A stretch of DNA of 64,000 nucleotides from the human T2T-CHM13v2.0 reference genome, Homo sapiens: NCBI RefSeq assembly GCF_009914755.1, contig NC_060937.1. The stretch is one strand, 5' to 3'. The notes beneath the pieces were generated by a model. That model had not been told where the DNA came from. It searched no databases and worked only from the letters and a program-made list of their open reading frames with translations. The position numbers were made by a program, and so were the translations under genes. Positions 1 to 10,200 of this stretch are shown here, piece after piece. Positions within the stretch are counted from its first letter, which is position 1; each line of letters starts with the position of its first letter.

Positions 1-43
1 AAAGAAATTTCTGAGAATGCTGCTGTCTACCTTTTATTTGAAT

Positions 44-60
44 TCCCGCTTCCAACGAAA
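44..60 (-). promoter_or_regulatory. CENP-B box (representative; about 165 intact copies in the window by unit count)
   Basis: Plus-strand tcccgcttccaacgaaa equals minus-strand TTTCGTTGGAAGCGGGA, matching YTTCGTTGGAARCGGGA. The count is derived from 3 per 7-mer and 2 per 4-mer, not individually verified. Confidence 0.95.
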
Positions 61-216
61 TCCTCCAAGCTATCCAAATATCCACTTGCAGATTCCACAA
101 AAAGAGTGTTTCAAAACTGCTCTCTATCAATGGCAAAGTTCAACTCTGTTAGTTGAGGACACATATCACCAACAAGTTTCTGAGAATGCTTCTGTCTATT
201 TTTTATGGGAAGATAT

Positions 217-233
217 TTCCTTTTTCACCGTAG
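217..233 (+). promoter_or_regulatory. pJalpha (A-box) motif in an A-type monomer (representative, one perfect copy per 7-mer)
   Basis: ttcctttttcaccgtag matches the consensus TTCCTTTTYCACCRTAG at the position equivalent to the CENP-B box. Other A monomers carry variants (ttactttttcaccgtag, ttccttttcaccaaag). Confidence 0.8.
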
Positions 234-383
234 GCGTCAAGGCGATCGAAATGTCCACTTCCACAAACTACAAAAAGAGTGTTTCAAACCTGCTCTATGA
301 AAGGCCATGTTCATCTCTATGAGTCGAATGGAAATATCCGAAAGAAATTTCTGGGAATGCTGCTGTCTAGTTTTTATACGAAT

Positions 384-400
384 TCCCGCTTCCAACGAAA
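384..400 (-). promoter_or_regulatory. CENP-B box (second box of the 7-mer)
   Basis: tcccgcttccaacgaaa, 340 bp after the first box, overlapping an EcoRI site. Confidence 0.95.
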
Positions 401-724
401 TCCTCAAAGCAATCCAAATATCCACTTGCAGAATCCACAAAAAGAGTGTTTCAAAACTGCTCTATCAATAGAAAGGTTCAACTCTTTTAGTTGAGTACAC
501 ACATCACAAACAAGTTTCTGAGAATGCTTCTGTCTGGCTTTTATTGGAAGACGTTTCCTTTTCACCAAAGGCATCAAAGCGCTCCAAATGTCCACTTCCA
601 GATTCTTCCAAAAGAGTGTTTGAAACGTGCTCAAAGTAAGGGAATGTTCAACTCTGTGACTTGAATGCAGATATCACCAAGTAGTTTCTAATAGTGCTTC
701 TGTCTAGATTTTAGATGATGATAT

Positions 725-741
725 TCCCGTTTCCAACGAAA
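725..741 (-). promoter_or_regulatory. CENP-B box (third box of the 7-mer)
   Basis: tcccgtttccaacgaaa equals minus-strand TTTCGTTGGAAACGGGA. Confidence 0.95.
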
Positions 742-895
742 TCGTTAGAGCTATCCAAATATCCACTTACAGTTGCTACAAAAACAGTGTTTCCAAACTG
801 CTGCATCAAAAGAAAGGTTCAACTCTGTTAGTTGAGGACACACGTCACAAAGAAGTTTGTGAGAATGCTTCTGTCTAGATTTTGTATGACGATAT

Positions 896-912
896 TCCCT
901 TTTCCAACGATA
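896..912 (-). promoter_or_regulatory. Degenerate, predicted non-binding B-box in the odd monomer of each 7-mer
   Basis: tcccttttccaacgata equals minus-strand TATCGTTGGAAAAGGGA. Both the TTCG and CGGG core elements are altered. Confidence 0.8.
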
Positions 913-1128
913 TCGTTAAAGCAATCTAAATATCCATTTGCAGAACCCACAAAAATAGAGTTTCAAAGCTGCTCTGTAAAAAGAAAGGTTCCACTCTGTT
1001 AGCTGAGTACACACATCACAAACTTGTTTCTCAGAATCCTTCTGTCTCGTTTTTCTGGGAAGATATTTACTTTTTCACCGTAGGCATCAAAGCGCTCCAA
1101 ATGTCCACATCCAGATACTCCAGAAAGA

Positions 1129-2318
1129 GTGTTTCAAACCTGCTCTATGAAAGGGAATCTTCAACTCTATGAGTTGAATGCAGACATCAGAAAGAAATTT
1201 CTGAGAATGCTGCTGTCTACCTTTTATTTGAATTCCCGCTTCCAACGAAATCCTCCAAGCTATCCAAATATCCACTTGCAGATTCCACAAAAAGAGTGTT
1301 TCAAAACTGCTCTCTATCAATGGCAAAGTTCAACTCTGTTAGTTGAGGACACATATCACCAACAAGTTTCTGAGAATGCTTCTGTCTATTTTTTATGGGA
1401 AGATATTTCCTTTTTCACCGTAGGCGTCAAGGCGATCGAAATGTCCACTTCCACAAACTACAAAAAGAGTGTTTCAAACCTGCTCTATGAAAGGCCATGT
1501 TCATCTCTATGAGTCGAATGGAAATATCCGAAAGAAATTTCTGGGAATGCTGCTGTCTAGTTTTTATACGAATTCCCGCTTCCAACGAAATCCTCAAAGC
1601 AATCCAAATATCCACTTGCAGAATCCACAAAAAGAGTGTTTCAAAACTGCTCTATCAATAGAAAGGTTCAACTCTTTTAGTTGAGTACACACATCACAAA
1701 CAAGTTTCTGAGAATGCTTCTGTCTGGCTTTTATTGTAAGACGTTTCCTTTTCACCAAAGGCATCAAAGCGCTCCAAATGTCCACTTCCAGATTCTTCCA
1801 AAAGAGTGTTTGAAACGTGCTCAAAGTAAGGGAATGTTCAACTCTGTGACTTGAATGCAGATATCACCAAGTAGTTTCTAATAGTGCTTCTGTCTAGATT
1901 TTAGATGATGATATTCCCGTTTCCAACGAAATCGTTAGAGCTATCCAAATATCCACTTACAGTTTCTACAAAAAGAGTGTTTCCAAACTGCTGCATCAAA
2001 AGAAAGGTTCAACTCTGTTAGTTGAGGACACACGTCACAAAGAAGTTTGTGAGAATGCTTCTGTCTAGATTTTGTATGACCATATTCCCTTTTCCAGCGA
2101 TATCATTAAAGCAATCTAAATATCCATTTGCAGAATCCACAAAAATAGAGTTTCAAAGCTGCTCTGTAAAAAGAAAGGTTCCACTCTGTTAGCTGAGTAC
2201 ACACATCACAAACTTGTTTCTCAGAATCCTTCTGTCTCGTTTTTCTGGGAAGATATTTACTTTTTCACCGTAGGCATCAAAGCGCTCCAAATGTCCACAT
2301 CCAGATACTCCAGAAAGA
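1129..2318 (-). repeat. Representative 7-mer HOR unit, 1190 bp (44 complete copies plus partials at 1-1128 and 63667-64000)
   Basis: The anchor recurs every 1190 bp (e.g. 2999, 4189, 5379; 38341-49051). Each unit has 3 CENP-B boxes, 2 EcoRI sites 340 bp apart and one CGATCG. Bookkeeping check: 44x1190 + 4x680 + 11x678 = 62538 = 63667-1129. Confidence 0.95.
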
Positions 2319-2998
2319 GTGTTTCAAACCTGCTCTATGAAAGGGAATCTTCAACTCTATGAGTTGAATGCAGACATCAGAAAGAAATTTCTGAGAATGC
2401 TGCTGTCTACCTTTTATTTGAATTCCCGCTTCCAACGAAATCCTCCAAGCTATCCAAATATCCACCTGCATTTTCCACAAAAAGAGCGTTTCAAAACTGC
2501 TCTATCAATAGAAATGTTCAACTCCTTTGGCTGGGTACACACATCACAAACAAGTTTCTGAGAATGCTTCTGTCTAGTTTTTATGGGAAGACATTCCCTT
2601 TTTCACCAAAGGCATCAAAGCGCTCCAAATGTCCACTTCCAGACACTACAAAAAGAGTGTTTCCAACGTGCTCTAAGAAAGCGAATGTTCAACTCTGTGA
2701 CTTGAATGCAGATATCACAAAGTAGTTTCTGAGAGGGCTTCTGTCTAGATTTTAGATGATGATATTCCCGTTTCCAACGAAATCATTAGAGCTATCCAAA
2801 TATCCACTTACAGTTTCTACAAAAAGAGTGTTTCCAAACTGCTGCATCAAAAGAGAGGTTCCACTCTGTTAGCTGAGTACACACATCACAAACTTGTTTC
2901 TCAGAATCCTTCTGTCTCGTTTTTCTGGGAAGATATTTACTTTTTCACCGTAGGCATCAAAGCGCTCCAAATGTCCACATCCAGATACTCCAGAAAGA
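2319..2998 (-). repeat. 4-mer cassette variant 4a, 680 bp (also at 24917, 50241, 58227)
   Basis: Spacing to the next anchor is 680 bp. Diagnostic motifs are 'ccacctgcattttccacaaaaagagcg', 'aatagaaatg' and 'cctttggctgggtacac'. The EcoRI site is intact, so it yields a 680-bp EcoRI fragment. It has 2 CENP-B boxes. Confidence 0.93.
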
Positions 2999-5378
2999 GT
3001 GTTTCAAACCTGCTCTATGAAAGGGAATCTTCAACTCTATGAGTTGAATGCAGACATCAGAAAGAAATTTCTGAGAATGCTGCTGTCTACCTTTTATTTG
3101 AATTCCCGCTTCCAACGAAATCCTCCAAGCTATCCAAATATCCACTTGCAGATTCCACAAAAAGAGTGTTTCAAAACTGCTCTCTATCAATGGCAAAGTT
3201 CAACTCTGTTAGTTGAGGACACATATCACCAACAAGTTTCTGAGAATGCTTCTGTCTATTTTTTATGGGAAGATATTTCCTTTTTCACCGTAGGCGTCAA
3301 GGCGATCGAAATGTCCACTTCCACAAACTACAAAAAGAGTGTTTCAAACCTGCTCTATGAAAGGCCATGTTCATCTCTATGAGTCGAATGGAAATATCCG
3401 AAAGAAATTTCTGGGAATGCTGCTGTCTAGTTTTTATACGAATTCCCGCTTCCAACGAAATCCTCAAAGCAATCCAAATATCCACTTGCAGAATCCACAA
3501 AAAGAGTGTTTCAAAACTGCTCTATCAATAGAAAGGTTCAACTCTTTTAGTTGAGTACACACATCACAAACAAGTTTCTGAGAATGCTTCTGTCTGGCTT
3601 TTATTGGAAGACGTTTCCTTTTCACCAAAGGCATCAAAGCGCTCCAAATGTCCACTTCCAGATTCTTCCAAAAGAGTGTTTGAAACGTGCTCAAAGTAAG
3701 GGAATGTTCAACTCTGTGACTTGAATGCAGATATCACCAAGTAGTTTCTAATAGTGCTTCTGTCTAGATTTTAGATGATGATATTCCCGTTTCCAACGAA
3801 ATCGTTAGAGCTATCCAAATATCCACTTACAGTTGCTACAAAAACAGTGTTTCCAAACTGCTGCATCAAAAGAAAGGTTCAACTCTGTTAGTTGAGGACA
3901 CACGTCACAAAGAAGTTTGTGAGAATGCTTCTGTCTAGATTTTGTATGACGATATTCCCTTTTCCAACGATATCATTAAAGCAATCTAAATATCCATTTG
4001 CAGAATCCACAAAAATAGAGTTTCAAAGCTGCTCTGTAAAAAGAAAGGTTCCACTCTGTTAGCTGAGTACACACATCACAAACTTGTTTCTCAGAATCCT
4101 TCTGTCTCGTTTTTATGGGAAGATATTTACTTTTTCACCGTAGGCATCAAAGCGCTCCAAATGTCCACATCCAGATACTCCAGAAAGAGTGTTTCAAACC
4201 TGCTCTATGAAAGGGAATCTTCAACTCTATGAGTTGAATGCAGACATCAGAAAGAAATTTCTGAGAATGCTGCTGTCTACCTTTTATTTGAATTCCCGCT
4301 TCCAACGAAATCCTCCAAGCTATCCAAATATCCACTTGCAGATTCCACAAAAAGAGTGTTTCAAAACTGCTCTCTATCAATGGCAAAGTTCAACTCTGTT
4401 AGTTGAGGACACATATCACCAACAAGTTTCTGAGAATGCTTCTGTCTATTTTTTATGGGAAGATATTTCCTTTTTCACCGTAGGCGTCAAGGCGATCGAA
4501 ATGTCCACTTCCACAAACTACAAAAAGAGTGTTTCAAACCTGCTCTATGAAAGGCCATGTTCATCTCTATGAGTCGAATGGAAATATCCGAAAGAAATTT
4601 CTGGGAATGCTGCTGTCTAGTTTTTATACGAATTCCCGCTTCCAACGAAATCCTCAAAGCAATCCAAATATCCACTTGCAGAATCCACAAAAAGAGTGTT
4701 TCAAAACTGCTCTATCAATAGAAAGGTTCAACTCTTTTAGTTGAGTACACACATCACAAACAAGTTTCTGAGAATGCTTCTGTCTGGCTTTTATTGGAAG
4801 ACGTTTCCTTTTCACCAAAGGCATCAAAGCGCTCCAAATGTCCACTTCCAGATTCTTCCAAAAGAGTGTTTGAAACGTGCTCAAAGTAAGGGAATGTTCA
4901 ACTCTGTGACTTGAATGCAGATATCACCAAGTAGTTTCTAATAGTGCTTCTGTCTAGATTTTAGATGATGATATTCCCGTTTCCAACGAAATCGTTAGAG
5001 CTATCCAAATATCCACTTACAGTTGCTACAAAAACAGTGTTTCCAAACTGCTGCATCAAAAGAAAGGTTCAACTCTGTTAGTTGAGGACACACGTCACAA
5101 AGAAGTTTGTGAGAATGCTTCTGTCTAGATTTTGTATGACGATATTCCCTTTTCCAACGATATCGTTAAAGCAATCTAAATATCCATTTGCAGAATCCAC
5201 AAAAATAGAGTTTCAAAGCTGCTCTGTAAAAAGAAAGGTTCCACTCTGTTAGCTGAGTACACACATCACAAACTTGTTTCTCAGAATCCTTCTGTCTCGT
5301 TTTTATGGGAAGATATTTACTTTTTCACCGTAGGCATCAAAGCGCTCCAAATGTCCACATCCAGATACTCCAGAAAGA

Positions 5379-7246
5379 GTGTTTCAAACCTGCTCTATGA
5401 AAGGGAATCTTCAACTCTATGAGTTGAATGCAGACATCAGAAAGAAATTTCTGAGAATGCTGCTGTCTACCTTTTATTTGAATTCCCGCTTCCAACGAAA
5501 TCCTCCAAGCTATCCAAATATCCACTTGCAGATTCCACAAAAAGAGTGTTTCAAAACTGCTCTCTATCAATGGCAAAGTTCAACTCTGTTAGTTGAGGAC
5601 ACATATCACCAACAAGTTTCTGAGAATGCTTCTGTCTATTTTTTATGGGAAGATATTTCCTTTTTCACCGTAGGCGTCAAGGCGATCGAAATGTCCACTT
5701 CCACAAACTACAAAAAGAGTGTTTCAAACCTGCTCTATGAAAGGCCATGTTCATCTCTATGAGTCGAATGGAAATATCCGAAAGAAATTTCTGGGAATGC
5801 TGCTGTCTAGTTTTTATACGAATTCCCGCTTCCAACGAAATCCTCAAAGCAATCCAAATATCCACTTGCAGAATCCACAAAAAGAGTGTTTCAAAACTGC
5901 TCTATCAATAGAAAGGTTCAACTCTTTTAGTTGAGTACACACATCACAAACAAGTTTCTGAGAATGCTTCTGTCTGGCTTTTATTGGAAGACGTTTCCTT
6001 TTCACCAAAGGCATCAAAGCGCTCCAAATGTCCACTTCCAGATTCTTCCAAAAGAGTGTTTGAAACGTGCTCAAAGTAAGGGAATGTTCAACTCTGTGAC
6101 TTGAATGCAGATATCACCAAGTAGTTTCTAATAGTGCTTCTGTCTAGATTTTAGATGATGATATTCCCGTTTCCAACGAAATCGTTAGAGCTATCCAAAT
6201 ATCCACTTACAGTTTCTACAAAAAGAGTGTTTCCAAACTGCTGCATCAAAAGAAAGGTTCAACTCTGTTAGTTGAGGACACACATCACAAAGAAGTTTGT
6301 GAGAATGCTTCTGTCTAGATTTTGTATGACCATATTCCCTTTTCCAGCGATATCATTAAAGCAATCTAAATATCCATTTGCAGAATCCACAAAAATAGAG
6401 TTTCAAAGCTGCTCTGTAAAAAGAAAGGTTCCACTCTGTTAGCTGAGTACACACATCACAAACTTGTTTCTGAGAATCCTTCTGTCTCGTTTTTATGGGA
6501 AGATATTTACTTTTTCACCGTAGGCATCAAAGCGCTCCAAATGTCCACATCCAGATACTCCAGAAAGAGTGTTTCAAACCTGCTCTATGAAAGGGAATCT
6601 TCAACTCTATGAGTTGAATGCAGACATCAGAAAGAAATTTCTGAGAATGCTGCTGTCTACCTTTTATTTGAACTCCCGCTTCCAACGAAATCCTCCAAGC
6701 TATCCAAATATCCACTTGCATTTTCCACAAAAAGAGTGCTTCAAAACTGCTCTATCAATAAATGTTCAACTCCTTTAGCTGGGTGCACACATCACAAACA
6801 AGTTTCTGAGAATGCTTCTGTCTAGTTTTTATGGGAAGACATTCCCTTTTTCACCAAAGGCATCAAAGCGCTCCAAATGTCCACTTCCAGACACTACAAA
6901 AAGAGTGTTTCCAACGTGCTCTAAGAAAGCGAATGTTCAACTCTGTGACTTGAATGCAGATATCACAAAGTAGTTTCTGAGAGGGCTTCTGTCTAGATTT
7001 TAGATGATGATATTCCCGTTTCCAACGAAATCATTAGAGCTATCCAAATATCCACTTACAGTTTCTACAAAAAGAGTGTTTCCAAACTGCTGCATCAAAA
7101 GAGAGGTTCCACTCTGTTAGCTGAGTACACACATCACAAACTTGTTTCTGAGAATCCTTCTGTGTCGTTTTTATGGGAAGATATTTACTTTTTCACCGTA
7201 GGCATCAAAGCGCTCCAAATGTCCACATCCAGATACTCCAGAAAGA
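5379..7246 (-). repeat. Representative 11-mer HOR (7-mer + 4-mer; 1868 bp with 4b, 1870 bp with 4a)
   Basis: 14 of the 15 4-mer cassettes directly follow a 7-mer carrying linked SNVs ('agtttctacaaaaagag', 'ccagcgatatcatt'). The unit has five CENP-B boxes, matching my recollection of the alpha21-I 11-mer. Confidence 0.85.
6569..7246 (-). repeat. 4-mer cassette variant 4b, 678 bp (also at 9627, 12685, 15743, 18801, 21859, 27977, 32225, 37663, 53301, 53979)
   Basis: Spacing is 678 bp. It has a 2-bp deletion ('aataaatg' vs 'aatagaaatg'), GAATTC>GAACTC, 'gagtgcttc', 'gggtgcacac' and 'tctgtgtcg'. Confidence 0.93.
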
Positions 7247-10200
7247 GTGTTTCAAACCTGCTCTATGAAAGGGAATCTTCAACTCTATGAGTTGAATGCA
7301 GACATCAGAAAGAAATTTCTGAGAATGCTGCTGTCTACCTTTTATTTGAATTCCCGCTTCCAACGAAATCCTCCAAGCTATCCAAATATCCACTTGCAGA
7401 TTCCACAAAAAGAGTGTTTCAAAACTGCTCTCTATCAATGGCAAAGTTCAACTCTGTTAGTTGAGGACACATATCACCAACAAGTTTCTGAGAATGCTTC
7501 TGTCTATTTTTTATGGGAAGATATTTCCTTTTTCACCGTAGGCGTCAAGGCGATCGAAATGTCCACTTCCACAAACTACAAAAAGAGTGTTTCAAACCTG
7601 CTCTATGAAAGGCCATGTTCATCTCTATGAGTCGAATGGAAATATCCGAAAGAAATTTCTGGGAATGCTGCTGTCTAGTTTTTATACGAATTCCCGCTTC
7701 CAACGAAATCCTCAAAGCAATCCAAATATCCACTTGCAGAATCCACAAAAAGAGTGTTTCAAAACTGCTCTATCAATAGAAAGGTTCAACTCTTTTAGTT
7801 GAGTACACACATCACAAACAAGTTTCTGAGAATGCTTCTGTCTGGCTTTTATTGGAAGACGTTTCCTTTTCACCAAAGGCATCAAAGCGCTCCAAATGTC
7901 CACTTCCAGATTCTTCCAAAAGAGTGTTTGAAACGTGCTCAAAGTAAGGGAATGTTCAACTCTGTGACTTGAATGCAGATATCACCAAGTAGTTTCTAAT
8001 AGTGCTTCTGTCTAGATTTTAGATGATGATATTCCCGTTTCCAACGAAATCGTTAGAGCTATCCAAATATCCACTTACAGTTGCTACAAAAACAGTGTTT
8101 CCAAACTGCTGCATCAAAAGAAAGGTTCAACTCTGTTAGTTGAGGACACACGTCACAAAGAAGTTTGTGAGAATGCTTCTGTCTAGATTTTGTATGACGA
8201 TATTCCCTTTTCCAACGATATCGTTAAAGCAATCTAAATATCCATTTGCAGAATCCACAAAAATAGAGTTTCAAAGCTGCTCTGTAAAAAGAAAGGTTCC
8301 ACTCTGTTAGCTGAGTACACACATCACAAACTTGTTTCTCAGAATCCTTCTGTCTCGTTTTTCTGGGAAGATATTTACTTTTTCACCGTAGGCATCAAAG
8401 CGCTCCAAATGTCCACATCCAGATACTCCAGAAAGAGTGTTTCAAACCTGCTCTATGAAAGGGAATCTTCAACTCTATGAGTTGAATGCAGACATCAGAA
8501 AGAAATTTCTGAGAATGCTGCTGTCTACCTTTTATTTGAATTCCCGCTTCCAACGAAATCCTCCAAGCTATCCAAATATCCACTTGCAGATTCCACAAAA
8601 AGAGTGTTTCAAAACTGCTCTCTATCAATGGCAAAGTTCAACTCTGTTAGTTGAGGACACATATCACCAACAAGTTTCTGAGAATGCTTCTGTCTATTTT
8701 TTATGGGAAGATATTTCCTTTTTCACCGTAGGCGTCAAGGCGATCGAAATGTCCACTTCCACAAACTACAAAAAGAGTGTTTCAAACCTGCTCTATGAAA
8801 GGCCATGTTCATCTCTATGAGTCGAATGGAAATATCCGAAAGAAATTTCTGGGAATGCTGCTGTCTAGTTTTTATACGAATTCCCGCTTCCAACGAAATC
8901 CTCAAAGCAATCCAAATATCCACTTGCAGAATCCACAAAAAGAGTGTTTCAAAACTGCTCTATCAATAGAAAGGTTCAACTCTTTTAGTTGAGTACACAC
9001 ATCACAAACAAGTTTCTGAGAATGCTTCTGTCTGGCTTTTATTGGAAGACGTTTCCTTTTCACCAAAGGCATCAAAGCGCTCCAAATGTCCACTTCCAGA
9101 TTCTTCCAAAAGAGTGTTTGAAACGTGCTCAAAGTAAGGGAATGTTCAACTCTGTGACTTGAATGCAGATATCACCAAGTAGTTTCTAATAGTGCTTCTG
9201 TCTAGATTTTAGATGATGATATTCCCGTTTCCAACGAAATCGTTAGAGCTATCCAAATATCCACTTACAGTTTCTACAAAAAGAGTGTTTCCAAACTGCT
9301 GCATCAAAAGAAAGGTTCAACTCTGTTAGTTGAGGACACACATCACAAAGAAGTTTGTGAGAATGCTTCTGTCTAGATTTTGTATGACCATATTCCCTTT
9401 TCCAGCGATATCATTAAAGCAATCTAAATATCCATTTGCAGAATCCACAAAAATAGAGTTTCAAAGCTGCTCTGTAAAAAGAAAGGTTCCACTCTGTTAG
9501 CTGAGTACACACATCACAAACTTGTTTCTGAGAATCCTTCTGTCTCGTTTTTATGGGAAGATATTTACTTTTTCACCGTAGGCATCAAAGCGCTCCAAAT
9601 GTCCACATCCAGATACTCCAGAAAGAGTGTTTCAAACCTGCTCTATGAAAGGGAATCTTCAACTCTATGAGTTGAATGCAGACATCAGAAAGAAATTTCT
9701 GAGAATGCTGCTGTCTACCTTTTATTTGAACTCCCGCTTCCAACGAAATCCTCCAAGCTATCCAAATATCCACTTGCATTTTCCACAAAAAGAGTGCTTC
9801 AAAACTGCTCTATCAATAAATGTTCAACTCCTTTAGCTGGGTGCACACATCACAAACAAGTTTCTGAGAATGCTTCTGTCTAGTTTTTATGGGAAGACAT
9901 TCCCTTTTTCACCAAAGGCATCAAAGCGCTCCAAATGTCCACTTCCAGACACTACAAAAAGAGTGTTTCCAACGTGCTCTAAGAAAGCGAATGTTCAACT
10001 CTGTGACTTGAATGCAGATATCACAAAGTAGTTTCTGAGAGGGCTTCTGTCTAGATTTTAGATGATGATATTCCCGTTTCCAACGAAATCATTAGAGCTA
10101 TCCAAATATCCACTTACAGTTTCTACAAAAAGAGTGTTTCCAAACTGCTGCATCAAAAGAGAGGTTCCACTCTGTTAGCTGAGTACACACATCACAAACT

